Assembly: GCA_963796275.1 (NCBI GenBank) | Contig: CAWCKY010000003.1 | Span: 960,001-1,024,000 of the forward strand | DNA from: an uncultured Acidobacteriota bacterium | GTDB lineage: Bacteria > Acidobacteriota > Blastocatellia > RBC074 | Direction of reading: 5' to 3' | DNA: 64,000 bases | Shown: piece after piece, positions 46,941 to 60,645 of the stretch | Layout of the letters: each line of letters begins with the position of its first letter | How positions within the stretch are numbered: position 1 is the first letter of the stretch | The notes under the pieces: model-generated | What the model was told of the DNA's origin: nothing | The model's input: only the letters and a program-made list of their open reading frames with translations | The model's database searches: none | Program-made: the position numbers and the translations under genes

Positions 46941-47756
46941 ATGAAAATGAAAGGGAAGATAGTACAGGCTTGCTTGCTGGGATGTTTAATTTTATTGGTG
47001 AACTCGCCGGTTATCGCCGAGATGTCGGTCGCTGCCGGCATTTGGTGCAATCGTGAAAGGCTTAATCGAGTTTCTGATGCTCATGAAGCTCAGCTCGTGC
47101 GCAGTCTGCGTAAGATCACCGGGTACGAGCGGCTGCGTTTTGCGGAAGATGGGTCGCTCTCGCTCGGCGATACGACCGGCGTAATCGCGGGTTCATCGAT
47201 CGCAAGGCAGATAATATTTTGTGCGATGGGATCGGGCCGCGCTTACATTATCGAGGACCATTCCGGTTCTCAATCGGTATTCTTCGGTCAGTTGGATGAA
47301 GGCACTGATTTTGAAGACGTCGTATCGAAACGGAAGTTGGATATTTGGCGTCTGCGACTAGATTTCGAAGATTTTATTGATATGGAAGCGCCACCCGCCG
47401 TGCGCGAATCTTTCGATGTCGGATTCACCCTGTTGCACGAATTACTGCACGGGGTCGGATACAAAGATGCTGACTCCCGAGGAGAGATTGGCGAATTGGA
47501 AGGATTGATCAATCAAGCGCGTGGTGAATTGGGACTACCGTTGAGGGATCAGTATTTCGGAGAACCCCTGCAGATCACGCCTGGGATAGCTACCGTCCGG
47601 CTGCGATTCCGCGAGTTTATAGAAAAAGAATCGGCTGCAGGCGGGCATCTGAAACGGCCAATTCTTCGCTATCTCTTCTTTCTCCTACCCGCGGGTTACA
47701 GATCACAGCTACAAAATGGGTTGACCTGGCTCAATTGCGGTGCGAAACGCGAATAA
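46941..47756 (+). CDS. Exported hypothetical protein with zincin motif
   Basis: AGGAGAGG RBS, signal peptide, TLLHELLHG...GELE. Confidence 0.7.
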   Translation: MKMKGKIVQACLLGCLILLVNSPVIAEMSVAAGIWCNRERLNRVSDAHEAQLVRSLRKITGYERLRFAEDGSLSLGDTTGVIAGSSIARQIIFCAMGSGRAYIIEDHSGSQSVFFGQLDEGTDFEDVVSKRKLDIWRLRLDFEDFIDMEAPPAVRESFDVGFTLLHELLHGVGYKDADSRGEIGELEGLINQARGELGLPLRDQYFGEPLQITPGIATVRLRFREFIEKESAAGGHLKRPILRYLFFLLPAGYRSQLQNGLTWLNCGAKRE

Positions 47757-47777
47757 GGGTATCGACAATCCCGTCAA

Positions 47778-47861
47778 TAGTTTTCAGTTTTCAGTTTTTA
47801 GTTTTCAGCTGAGCTGTCTCGAGCAGCAACTAAAAACTGAAAACTAAAAACTGAAAACTAA
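47778..47861. repeat. Inverted heptamer arrays (AGTTTTC)n ... (AACTAAA/AACTGAA)n
   Basis: Same unit as the arrays at 12773 and 13590. Confidence 0.85.
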
Positions 47862-47998
47862 ATTGGAGATCGAATCGCCCGCTCAATATTTTTTTGTCTT
47901 ATATTGTTATTTCTTGCCTTTTTAGTTTCACCCCCAGAATTTTCGCAATCCCAACTTTGTGTTAAGCTGCGCGCTACGCTTTCGCTTGCCAAATCTTA

Positions 47999-49612
<1,614 letters not shown>

Positions 49613-49705
49613 TACTCCGTAAACGAAGTTTTTAGTGGCTACCCCGCCCGATTCATTGTAAACCGGCCTGAATGCTATTCTGAACGCGCCCTGCGGGGCT
49701 TTAAT

Positions 49706-50464
49706 TTGATGAGCGCCCTGATCTCAGTAGACAATATACGAAAAAACTTCGGCGCAGCCACGGCCCTACGCGGCATCAGTTTTGAGATCGAAGTTTCCGA
49801 GCTGACCGCCATAATCGGCCCATCAGGCTGCGGCAAATCGACGTTGCTGCGTTGCCTCAACGGGCTCGAGTTATTCGACAGTGGGCGGGTTAAGATTGGT
49901 GACATCATACTGGACATGAACAACGGCGCACCGCATCGCCATCTCAATACCCAACTTCGACATCTCCGCGAAGAGGTCGGGATGGTATTCCAGGACCTCA
50001 ACCTCTTCCCGCATTTGACAGCACTGGAAAATACCGCTCTCGCAATAATGATAGTTAAAAAAGCCGATCGAAAGACGGCGGAATCGCGAGCCCGCGAGAT
50101 ATTGGAGAAGGTCGGATTGCGCGATCGTCTCGACTATTACCCGTCGCAATTATCCGGCGGCCAGCAGCAGCGCGCGGCCATAGCGCGAGCATTAGCGTTA
50201 TCTCCCAAGGTTATGCTTTATGACGAGCCGACATCCGCGCTCGATCCGAGCCTCGTCGGCGAAGTGTTGAACATAATGAGGAAGCTTGACGATGAAGGAA
50301 TGACGCAGGTCGTAGTTACACACGAGATGCATTTCGCGCGCGGTGTGGCCGATAAGATTCTGGTGCTCGCCGATGGGGAATTGATTGAATCCGGTTCGAC
50401 TGAGAATATCTTCACCTCCCCGCAGGATGAACGGACGCGCAATTTTCTGCAACGTTATCTGTGA
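49706..50464 (+). CDS. Polar amino acid ABC transporter ATP-binding protein
   Basis: GPSGCGKST, LSGGQQQR, DEPTSALDP, VTHEM. Confidence 0.93.
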   Translation: MMSALISVDNIRKNFGAATALRGISFEIEVSELTAIIGPSGCGKSTLLRCLNGLELFDSGRVKIGDIILDMNNGAPHRHLNTQLRHLREEVGMVFQDLNLFPHLTALENTALAIMIVKKADRKTAESRAREILEKVGLRDRLDYYPSQLSGGQQQRAAIARALALSPKVMLYDEPTSALDPSLVGEVLNIMRKLDDEGMTQVVVTHEMHFARGVADKILVLADGELIESGSTENIFTSPQDERTRNFLQRYL

Positions 50465-50474
50465 GGTAAAAAAG

Positions 50475-52091
<1,617 letters not shown>

Positions 52092-52203
52092 TGGAAGCGC
52101 AGGTAGCGACAGATCAGAAATAACAAGCTCAGTGCTTTTTTGGCTTCCCTGAGCACAGCCAAATGCAGGTAACCGATAATTCAATAAAGGGAGAGTATAG
52201 TAG

Positions 52204-52977
52204 ATGAATAGACGGGAAGTATTGAAGACGGGTTTAGCCGCAGGAATCGCGAACAAGATCAACATATCAGCTGAAAGTATGCACTATTACGAACTGAGAA
52301 CTTATGAACTGCGCAATGATCTGCAGCCCGCGCGCATCCAGGATTTTTTTCAGAATCACTTCATGCCGGCGATGAAGCGCCAGGGCATCGGGCCGATCGG
52401 CTGCTTCAATGTGATCTCCGGCCTCAACACGCCATCGCTGATCATCGTGATCGATTACAAATCGCTCGCGGATATGCAAACGGCGATGGAGCGCGTTCGT
52501 TCAGACAAGGAATATATGAAAGCCTGGCAAGCCTTCGAAGCAGGAGGCGAATTGCCCTACTCGCGTTATCGTTCCGTTCTACTAAAGGCATTCGAGTCGC
52601 ACCCCAAGATCGAAGTTCCGCCGGCAGAAGAGAAGCGCCCGCCCCGCGTATTCGAGCTTCGAACATATGAATCGAAGAATGCCTTTTCGCTGCAGACCAA
52701 GATCGATATGTTCAATCAGGAAGAGATCAAGATTTTCCGCGATTGCGGTTTCGCAACGGTATTCTTTGGGGAAGCTGTTTTCGGTACGCGGTTGCCGCAT
52801 CTGACTTACCTGGTGGGTTTCGATAATATGGCCGCTCGTGAGAAGGCCTGGGATACTTTCAGAGTCAACCCCGATTGGGCTCGCGTTCGCGTCAAGCCAG
52901 GTTGGACCGATCCGGAAGCTGTTACAAATATTCACGCGGCATTTCTGCGCCCCGTGAGCTATTCTCAAATTCGATAA
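52204..52977 (+). CDS. Tandem NIPSNAP family protein with Tat-like N-terminus
   Basis: MNRREVLK, YELRTY and FELRTYES, REKAWDTF..PDW, LRP.SYSQI. Confidence 0.85.
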   Translation: MNRREVLKTGLAAGIANKINISAESMHYYELRTYELRNDLQPARIQDFFQNHFMPAMKRQGIGPIGCFNVISGLNTPSLIIVIDYKSLADMQTAMERVRSDKEYMKAWQAFEAGGELPYSRYRSVLLKAFESHPKIEVPPAEEKRPPRVFELRTYESKNAFSLQTKIDMFNQEEIKIFRDCGFATVFFGEAVFGTRLPHLTYLVGFDNMAAREKAWDTFRVNPDWARVRVKPGWTDPEAVTNIHAAFLRPVSYSQIR

Positions 52978-52981
52978 CTCG

Positions 52982-54055
52982 GTGACGGTAGTGAATAGAA
53001 CCAGACTACGCACAAGCCAGCAGACCCGCGCGCAATTGGTTATCGGCGTCGGCTTCGATCATCAAAATATTACAGTCGCGCTGGTGGATGAGCGCGCACG
53101 TTTACTCGCCCGACAGCAGGCCGACACTCCACAACGGACAACTCGGGCGGCTGCTTCAGCCATGACGAAGCTGATCCTCGGTGCTTCTTTGACGAAGGAG
53201 CGTGGGGAGAGTTTGATCACGGCAATCGGAGTATCCGTGCCGGGACAGGTCGATCCGGACTCCGGGCGCGTCTCTATCTCCGGGCTCAAAAACTGGACGC
53301 GAATCGCCCTGGGGAAGATGATCGAAGAGGGGTTGAGCGACTCGGGATACGACATCCGCAACCCGATTAATGAGCGGCGCGCACGCGCACAACCCGGGCG
53401 CTCCTCTCAACCGCAAATTGCCATTCAACCCCGCATCTGCTGCACAGCTGCAGCGGAAGGTTGGGTCGGAGGTGCGAGAGGAAGGGATAATGTCGTTTAT
53501 CTATCCATAGGTGAGGAGATCGAGGCCGGCATCATCGTCGATGGCCGGGTATTGCGGGGAGCGGATGGGCGGGCGGGGTTGGCCGGGTGGATGGGCTTAA
53601 GCGAGCAATTTAAACCGGAGTACGCCGCTCACGGCTGCCTGACAACCGAGGCGACGATCGGTTCGTTAGCCCGGCGCGCAATTGACGAATGGAGTGGAAG
53701 CTCAAGCTCGATGCTGGGGAAGATGATAAAGGCAGATCCGATGCAGCTCGACGCGCCGATCATCATCCGTGCGGCGCGCGGCGGGGATCCGCTTGCGCTC
53801 AAGATCGTCAACGAAACCTGCCGATGGATAGGGCGGGGAATAGCGAATCTGATATCGATTCTCAACCCTGAAGCGGTGGTGATCGGCGGCGAGCTGGGGC
53901 TCTCGCTAAAACCATTTTTTGACGTCGTGCGCGGAGAGGTTGAACGATGGACTCCGCCCAACAATTCCAAAAATTGCCGCATAGTTAGCGCGTCACTGGG
54001 TGATGAAGCCGTGTTGCTGGGAGCGGCGCGGCTGGCCTGGGTTAAATCAGGGTGA
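52982..54055 (+). CDS. ROK family protein (divergent)
   Basis: IGVSVPGQVD, AGIIVDGRVLRG, LNPEAVVIGG, LGDEAVLLGAA. Confidence 0.8.
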   Translation: MTVVNRTRLRTSQQTRAQLVIGVGFDHQNITVALVDERARLLARQQADTPQRTTRAAASAMTKLILGASLTKERGESLITAIGVSVPGQVDPDSGRVSISGLKNWTRIALGKMIEEGLSDSGYDIRNPINERRARAQPGRSSQPQIAIQPRICCTAAAEGWVGGARGRDNVVYLSIGEEIEAGIIVDGRVLRGADGRAGLAGWMGLSEQFKPEYAAHGCLTTEATIGSLARRAIDEWSGSSSSMLGKMIKADPMQLDAPIIIRAARGGDPLALKIVNETCRWIGRGIANLISILNPEAVVIGGELGLSLKPFFDVVRGEVERWTPPNNSKNCRIVSASLGDEAVLLGAARLAWVKSG

Positions 54056-54150
54056 GAGAAAACAGAGCGGCGGCACCGAGTCAATCTCAATCAGTCAAAC
54101 TACAGTTGAGACCGGCTCGCTGCCGCCGCAGACGTTTCTATCAGATAATT

Positions 54151-55278
54151 TTACTGACTGTTACCGGTCGAATCCGGCTGCCGCTTGAGCTCCGGCCTGC
54201 CGGAAGAATCCGCTGGCTTCTCGGTTTGCGCAGGCGGCGTGTCCGTCTTTTCGCTCGCGGGTGTTCCGTCGCCGCGCTTGAGCACCGGGCGATTCTTCTG
54301 TTCCGGTTCGGTTGAATCGCTATCGGAATCCGGACGTCGCTTGAGAGTCGGCCGCCCGCTGTCGTTCGCATCGCCCCCGATGGTTCGTGCGGCGCTGGCT
54401 GCAACCAATCTCGATCTGACTCCGTTAAATTCCGAGCTGCTTATCTGATACGCTTCTCGGGCGGGGAATCGCGTGATTAATTCCTGCACTAACTCAATGC
54501 GATCGCCCGTCAGCGGATGTGTGCTGAATACTTTTAACAGGGTCGATTGTTTATTACCCTTCTCTTTTGACTGTAACTTTTCGAAAAACGAGACCAATGC
54601 GGTCGGGTCGTAACCTGAGGCCCACATATACTGCGCGCCGAGCCGGTCCGCTTCTTTCTCCGCGCCTCTCGAAAACTTGAGGAACGTGAGAGGGACCGCA
54701 ATACTGGCAACCTGCTGAACTATATAACCGCCTATCCCACCAAAGAAGATCAACGGAATTGAACCATATTTCAGCAGTTCGCCCTTTGACGCTTGCTCGA
54801 CCCCATGTCGCGCTGTAACGTGTGCGATCTCGTGCGAGATTACTCCAGCAACTTCGGCTTCATTTTCCGCCGCCTCGAGCAATCCGCGGTTGACGTAGAG
54901 GAATCCGCCCGGTAGTGCAAACGCATTGATATCATTCGAGTCGATTACTTTGATCGTGAATGGAACCTTGGCATCAGAATGAAGAACCAGGTTCTGAGCG
55001 ATGCGGTTGACATATTCGGTGATTACTGGATCGTTGACGAATTTGGACGAGCGATCGACTTCCCTCGACAGTTGTCTTCCCAGAGCAACTTCGCGATCGA
55101 GGCCATAGAAGGCCAGTTGCCCTTTGTTTATGTCTCGTTTGCCGATGAGCTGCGGGTTGTTCTTGTCTTCCAGCGGCTTGATTTTCTGTTGCTTCTGCCC
55201 CAACACCGGCGTTGCAGCAAGCGTTACAGAGACAATAAACGCTATGGAAATTTGAAGAAGTTTGGTTTTCATTTGCAT
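54151..55278 (-). CDS. M48 family metalloprotease
   Basis: INAFALPGG, HEIAH, FSRGAEKEAD, STHP. Confidence 0.92.
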   Translation of the reverse strand: MQMKTKLLQISIAFIVSVTLAATPVLGQKQQKIKPLEDKNNPQLIGKRDINKGQLAFYGLDREVALGRQLSREVDRSSKFVNDPVITEYVNRIAQNLVLHSDAKVPFTIKVIDSNDINAFALPGGFLYVNRGLLEAAENEAEVAGVISHEIAHVTARHGVEQASKGELLKYGSIPLIFFGGIGGYIVQQVASIAVPLTFLKFSRGAEKEADRLGAQYMWASGYDPTALVSFFEKLQSKEKGNKQSTLLKVFSTHPLTGDRIELVQELITRFPAREAYQISSSEFNGVRSRLVAASAARTIGGDANDSGRPTLKRRPDSDSDSTEPEQKNRPVLKRGDGTPASEKTDTPPAQTEKPADSSGRPELKRQPDSTGNSQ

Positions 55279-55611
55279 CCCTCTTGCTAGTTGTATTTCT
55301 TTGGCGGACTAACAGCTTTTCGTATTATATAATAAATGCAGCTTTTACGCCTGTGATAACCTGCACAGCCAGATAAAAAATATGTTAAATAGATTTCATA
55401 CCCCTCAGCCTCTCAAGTGCTTGAGCAGCGCAGCTACCGGGTGTTAGTATCCGCGCGCACACGAGATACTTACGCGATCTAAAGAATAATTGGACTCATC
55501 TCCATTCGATCGCAAACGACTTACATTGGGACAGAAATAAGCGAAATCAAAAGTCAAAACGATAAAATCGAAATTCAAAAGGCCGGCACATTTTCTGTAA
55601 TATTCCGGAAT

Positions 55612-57063
<1,452 letters not shown>

Positions 57064-57189
57064 CGGAAGCCGTAGACGGTGAGACAGAGGGCGAGGCGAT
57101 AAGTGGATAGAGGACGAAGAGATTCCTTTCTGCCGTGGATTTTTTCTCTCGCCTCAGCACCAATATTCCCGGCGCCTCTTCATCAATCC

Positions 57190-57501
57190 TCATAAATCTT
57201 CCATTGCCATTTCAAACTCCTGCGCCATTCCCGGGTGGTTATGGCGATTGGCTGCGGCGATGCCTTGCTGGTAAGCGGCGCGCGCCTCATCGATCAGGCC
57301 CTGCCTCTCGAGAGACTGCGCCAGTTTGCCGTAAGCCGCACCCTGATCATCGGCATCGTTCAGGTAGGCGCGCAGCTCGACGGCCGCTTCTTCAAACCTT
57401 TCAAGCTTGAACAACTCATTGGCCAGACCGAAACGGACGACGGTGTTTTTCGGATCGTCGTTCAGCATTTTTTTGAACAACTCAATACGACCTTCTGCCA
57501 T
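57190..57501 (-). CDS. Small TPR protein
   Basis: DPKNTVVRFGLA, AYGKLAQSL...EARAAYQQGI. Confidence 0.8.
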   Translation of the reverse strand: MAEGRIELFKKMLNDDPKNTVVRFGLANELFKLERFEEAAVELRAYLNDADDQGAAYGKLAQSLERQGLIDEARAAYQQGIAAANRHNHPGMAQEFEMAMEDL

Positions 57502-57668
57502 TTGCTTTTCTCCACAATATCAGTCTTTCTTTACAGTCGGTCCAGATAATAGGCGTCTACAAGGCGGCGGTCAATCGAGGGTTGTTAACGATGACTGACA
57601 ATCGATGATTGATTGACTTATACTTATACCCTCACTCGATAAGCGGTTTCATATTGAGAGGGTATACT

Positions 57669-58004
57669 ATGGCAAAAGTTCAAAACCAGAACACACAAAT
57701 AAAGAAAAAACAAAAGAGGGACGAGGAGGAGGATGTGCTAGTCGGTCGTGTTAAGAAGGTGGTCAAAAAATCGAGGCGCAAGCTGAGCGAGGAGAAGTTC
57801 GAAAAACAACTGCAGCGGACCATCATTTTCCTTGAAGAACTGCAGACGAAGCTGAACGACACGCAAGATTCGGTAGCTGAACCGGGAAATAAAAAGCCGG
57901 AGTCCGATCGAAAAGCGAGACAGGACAGCGTGCATAAACGAAACAAAACATCCACTACACCCGTGAAACAGGCGGCAAAAGCTACAACGAAATCCGCCAA
58001 GTAG
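57669..58004 (+). CDS. Lysine-rich hypothetical protein
   Basis: GAGAGG RBS; highly basic, with a K/A/T-rich tail. Confidence 0.55.
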   Translation: MAKVQNQNTQIKKKQKRDEEEDVLVGRVKKVVKKSRRKLSEEKFEKQLQRTIIFLEELQTKLNDTQDSVAEPGNKKPESDRKARQDSVHKRNKTSTTPVKQAAKATTKSAK

Positions 58005-58104
58005 TAGCTGATACAGCAAGTCGCGAAATTGACAGCTCTTTCGATTGCGTGATACTTTGGCTCTTCTTTACACCCTATCCGGTTGAAACAGGAGCCATTC
58101 TCTG

Positions 58105-58743
58105 ATGGATTTAAACCCCGGCAAAATACTGATCTGGTTTGCAATCTTCTTGTTGTCTCTCACCGTGCACGAGTGCGCGCACGCATTTGCCGCCGAGAAA
58201 TCGGGCGACCCGACAGGACGGTACCTGGGTCGGATTACGCTCAATCCGATACCGCACATCGATATTTTGGGGACCGTTATCTTTCCCCTGATCGCATTCA
58301 CGTCCGGCGCCATGATGTTCGGCTGGGCCAAACCTGTTCCGTTCAATCCCATGAATCTGCGCGACAGGCGATGGGGCGAGATATTCATCGCACTGGCGGG
58401 GCCATTCAGCAATATCCTGCTCGTGATTTTATTCATGATCATCACCAAGGTGGTTCTTCCGGATCCGCTGATGCTGCTTGATGACGGTGATCCGGTGGCA
58501 ATGGTGCTTAATACGGGGATTACACTCAACATCGTCCTGGCGGTCTTCAATCTGATCCCGATTCCACCGCTAGATGGCCATCATGTATTGCGCAATCTGT
58601 TGCCTGATAGTCTGGCTGAGGCTTATGCGCAGATTCCGGATATGGTGGGATTTGCCGTCCTGATGTTGCTCATCTATTTGGGATTTACTTCGATGCTTAT
58701 CAGACCGGTCATCCAAATGGTATACACGCTGTTGTTGCTCTGA
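58105..58743 (+). CDS. Site-2 protease (M50) family protein
   Basis: HECAH, GWAKPVP, LAGP.SN, FNLIPIPPLDG. Confidence 0.92.
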   Translation: MDLNPGKILIWFAIFLLSLTVHECAHAFAAEKSGDPTGRYLGRITLNPIPHIDILGTVIFPLIAFTSGAMMFGWAKPVPFNPMNLRDRRWGEIFIALAGPFSNILLVILFMIITKVVLPDPLMLLDDGDPVAMVLNTGITLNIVLAVFNLIPIPPLDGHHVLRNLLPDSLAEAYAQIPDMVGFAVLMLLIYLGFTSMLIRPVIQMVYTLLLL

Positions 58744-58783
58744 CCTATTCAAGCGGTTCTCCCCGGCTATCCGATCGAAACCT

Positions 58784-59767
58784 ATGAAACGAATCGTTAG
58801 CGGAATGCGCCCGACGGGTAAATTGCACCTGGGTAATTACGAGGGCGCGCTTAAAAACTGGGTAAAACTTCAAGACAGCTATGAGTCTTACTATTTTATC
58901 GCCGATTGGCATGCCCTGACATCAGATTACGCCGACACGTCGACGATAAAAGAGAACACGATGTCGATGGTCACCGGTTTTCTGGCGGCGGGCCTCGATC
59001 CGAAGAAATGCACGATTTTTCTGCAATCGCTCGTTCCCGAACACGCGGAACTGCACATCTACTTTTCTGCGGTCACGCCGCTCGGCTGGCTGGAGCGCGT
59101 CCCTACTTATAAAGAGCAGCGCGAGAACATCGCCGATAAGGACCTGGGCAATTACGCTTTTCTGGGTTACCCGGTGCTGCAGGCTGCGGATATTTGTATG
59201 TACAGGGCGAACTACGTTCCGGTCGGAAACGATCAGGCCGCGCACGTCGAGCTGACGCGCGAGATCGTCCGCCGCTTCAACAATTTCTACGGCGAAGTCT
59301 TTCCCGAACCGGAAGCTTTGCACACCGAGGTCCTGACGCTCGTCGGCACCGATGGGCGCAAGATGTCGAAAAGCTATAACAACACGATCGACCTCTCCGA
59401 TTCACCCGATGTGATCCGCACTAAAGTACGCAAAATGATTACCGACCGCACCCGCATAAAACGCTCAGATCCCGGCCATCCGGAGGACTGTGATGTATGC
59501 AAGATGCATCGGTTGTTCGTGCCCGCTGCAGTGGCGGATAAATTCGATGAAGATTGCCGCAATGCTCTTATCGGCTGCGTGGATCGCAAGGGAGCGCTGG
59601 CAGATGCCTTGATCGAATACCTCGCGCCGGTTACTGAAAGGTTTAATTATTACCGCAACCATCAGGATGAAGTGCGCGACGTCATCATCGAAGGTTCGAA
59701 GCGCGCGCGCGGGGAGGCAGCTCGGGTGATGGCCGATGTCAGAAGGGCGATGAAGATAGATTGGTAA
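58784..59767 (+). CDS. trpS: Tryptophan--tRNA ligase
   Basis: SGMRPTGKLHLGN, YPVLQAADI, VPVGNDQ, KMSKS. Confidence 0.97.
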   Translation: MKRIVSGMRPTGKLHLGNYEGALKNWVKLQDSYESYYFIADWHALTSDYADTSTIKENTMSMVTGFLAAGLDPKKCTIFLQSLVPEHAELHIYFSAVTPLGWLERVPTYKEQRENIADKDLGNYAFLGYPVLQAADICMYRANYVPVGNDQAAHVELTREIVRRFNNFYGEVFPEPEALHTEVLTLVGTDGRKMSKSYNNTIDLSDSPDVIRTKVRKMITDRTRIKRSDPGHPEDCDVCKMHRLFVPAAVADKFDEDCRNALIGCVDRKGALADALIEYLAPVTERFNYYRNHQDEVRDVIIEGSKRARGEAARVMADVRRAMKIDW

Positions 59768-59826
59768 GTCCGTTCCGGAATCCAGCGACTTTCTGCAAGC
59801 GGGCTCCAGACCCAAATTCTCTATAA

Positions 59827-60645
59827 ATGTCGAAACATCAAACTGACAAAAAGCAAGTTAAGACAGGCACCGCGGTTGCCGAGGGACCGGAACTCGAAGA
59901 CGAGACTCGGCGCGATAGTTATCGCGTGAGGTTGGAGGTTTTCGAAGGGCCGCTCGATCTCCTCTTGTATCTGATCAAGAAAGACGAGATAGACATCTAC
60001 GACATTCCGATCTCGCATATAACCGAGCAATACCTCGAATACCTTCGCCTCCTGGAGCAGTTGGACATCGCCGTTGCCGGCGATTTTCTGGTCATGGCAT
60101 CGACCTTGATCTACATCAAGTCGAAGATGCTGCTGCCTCCTTCACCGACGGCCGATGGCGAAGAAGATCTGAACGAAGACCCGCGCACGGAGCTGGTCGA
60201 GAGACTGCTCGAATACCAGAAATTCAAGTCTGCCGCTAATATGCTCTATTCTCGCGGAGAGATCGAATCGGCTTGTTATACGCGCGGCACGATCGAAACC
60301 GACGATAACAATCCGGAAGTCTCGGCCACCTTATTCGACCTGCTGAGAGTATTTCGCGAAATTCTCAAGCGCGCTGAATCGGCCGTCGAGATGGAGATAC
60401 AGCGCGACGAGATGACGATGGCCGAGAAGCTTCAGCAGATCGATCGGCTGCTGTCCGATAACGGTGAGATCAATGTCCGCATACTTTTCGAGACGGCACG
60501 CTCGAAACGCGAATTGATCCTGACTTTTCTGGCTTTTCTGGAAATGGTGAAAGCTATGAAGATCAGTCTTATCCAGCGCGAACTCTTCGGCGAGATTTTC
60601 GCAATCAAGCGTGTTGCGAATGAAGGGACAGAAGAAGCTGTATGA
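59827..60645 (+). CDS. scpA: Segregation/condensation protein A (kleisin)
   Basis: FEGPLDLLLYLI, IDIYDIPI, FLVMASTL..IKSKMLLP, FLAFLE. Confidence 0.95.
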   Translation: MSKHQTDKKQVKTGTAVAEGPELEDETRRDSYRVRLEVFEGPLDLLLYLIKKDEIDIYDIPISHITEQYLEYLRLLEQLDIAVAGDFLVMASTLIYIKSKMLLPPSPTADGEEDLNEDPRTELVERLLEYQKFKSAANMLYSRGEIESACYTRGTIETDDNNPEVSATLFDLLRVFREILKRAESAVEMEIQRDEMTMAEKLQQIDRLLSDNGEINVRILFETARSKRELILTFLAFLEMVKAMKISLIQRELFGEIFAIKRVANEGTEEAV

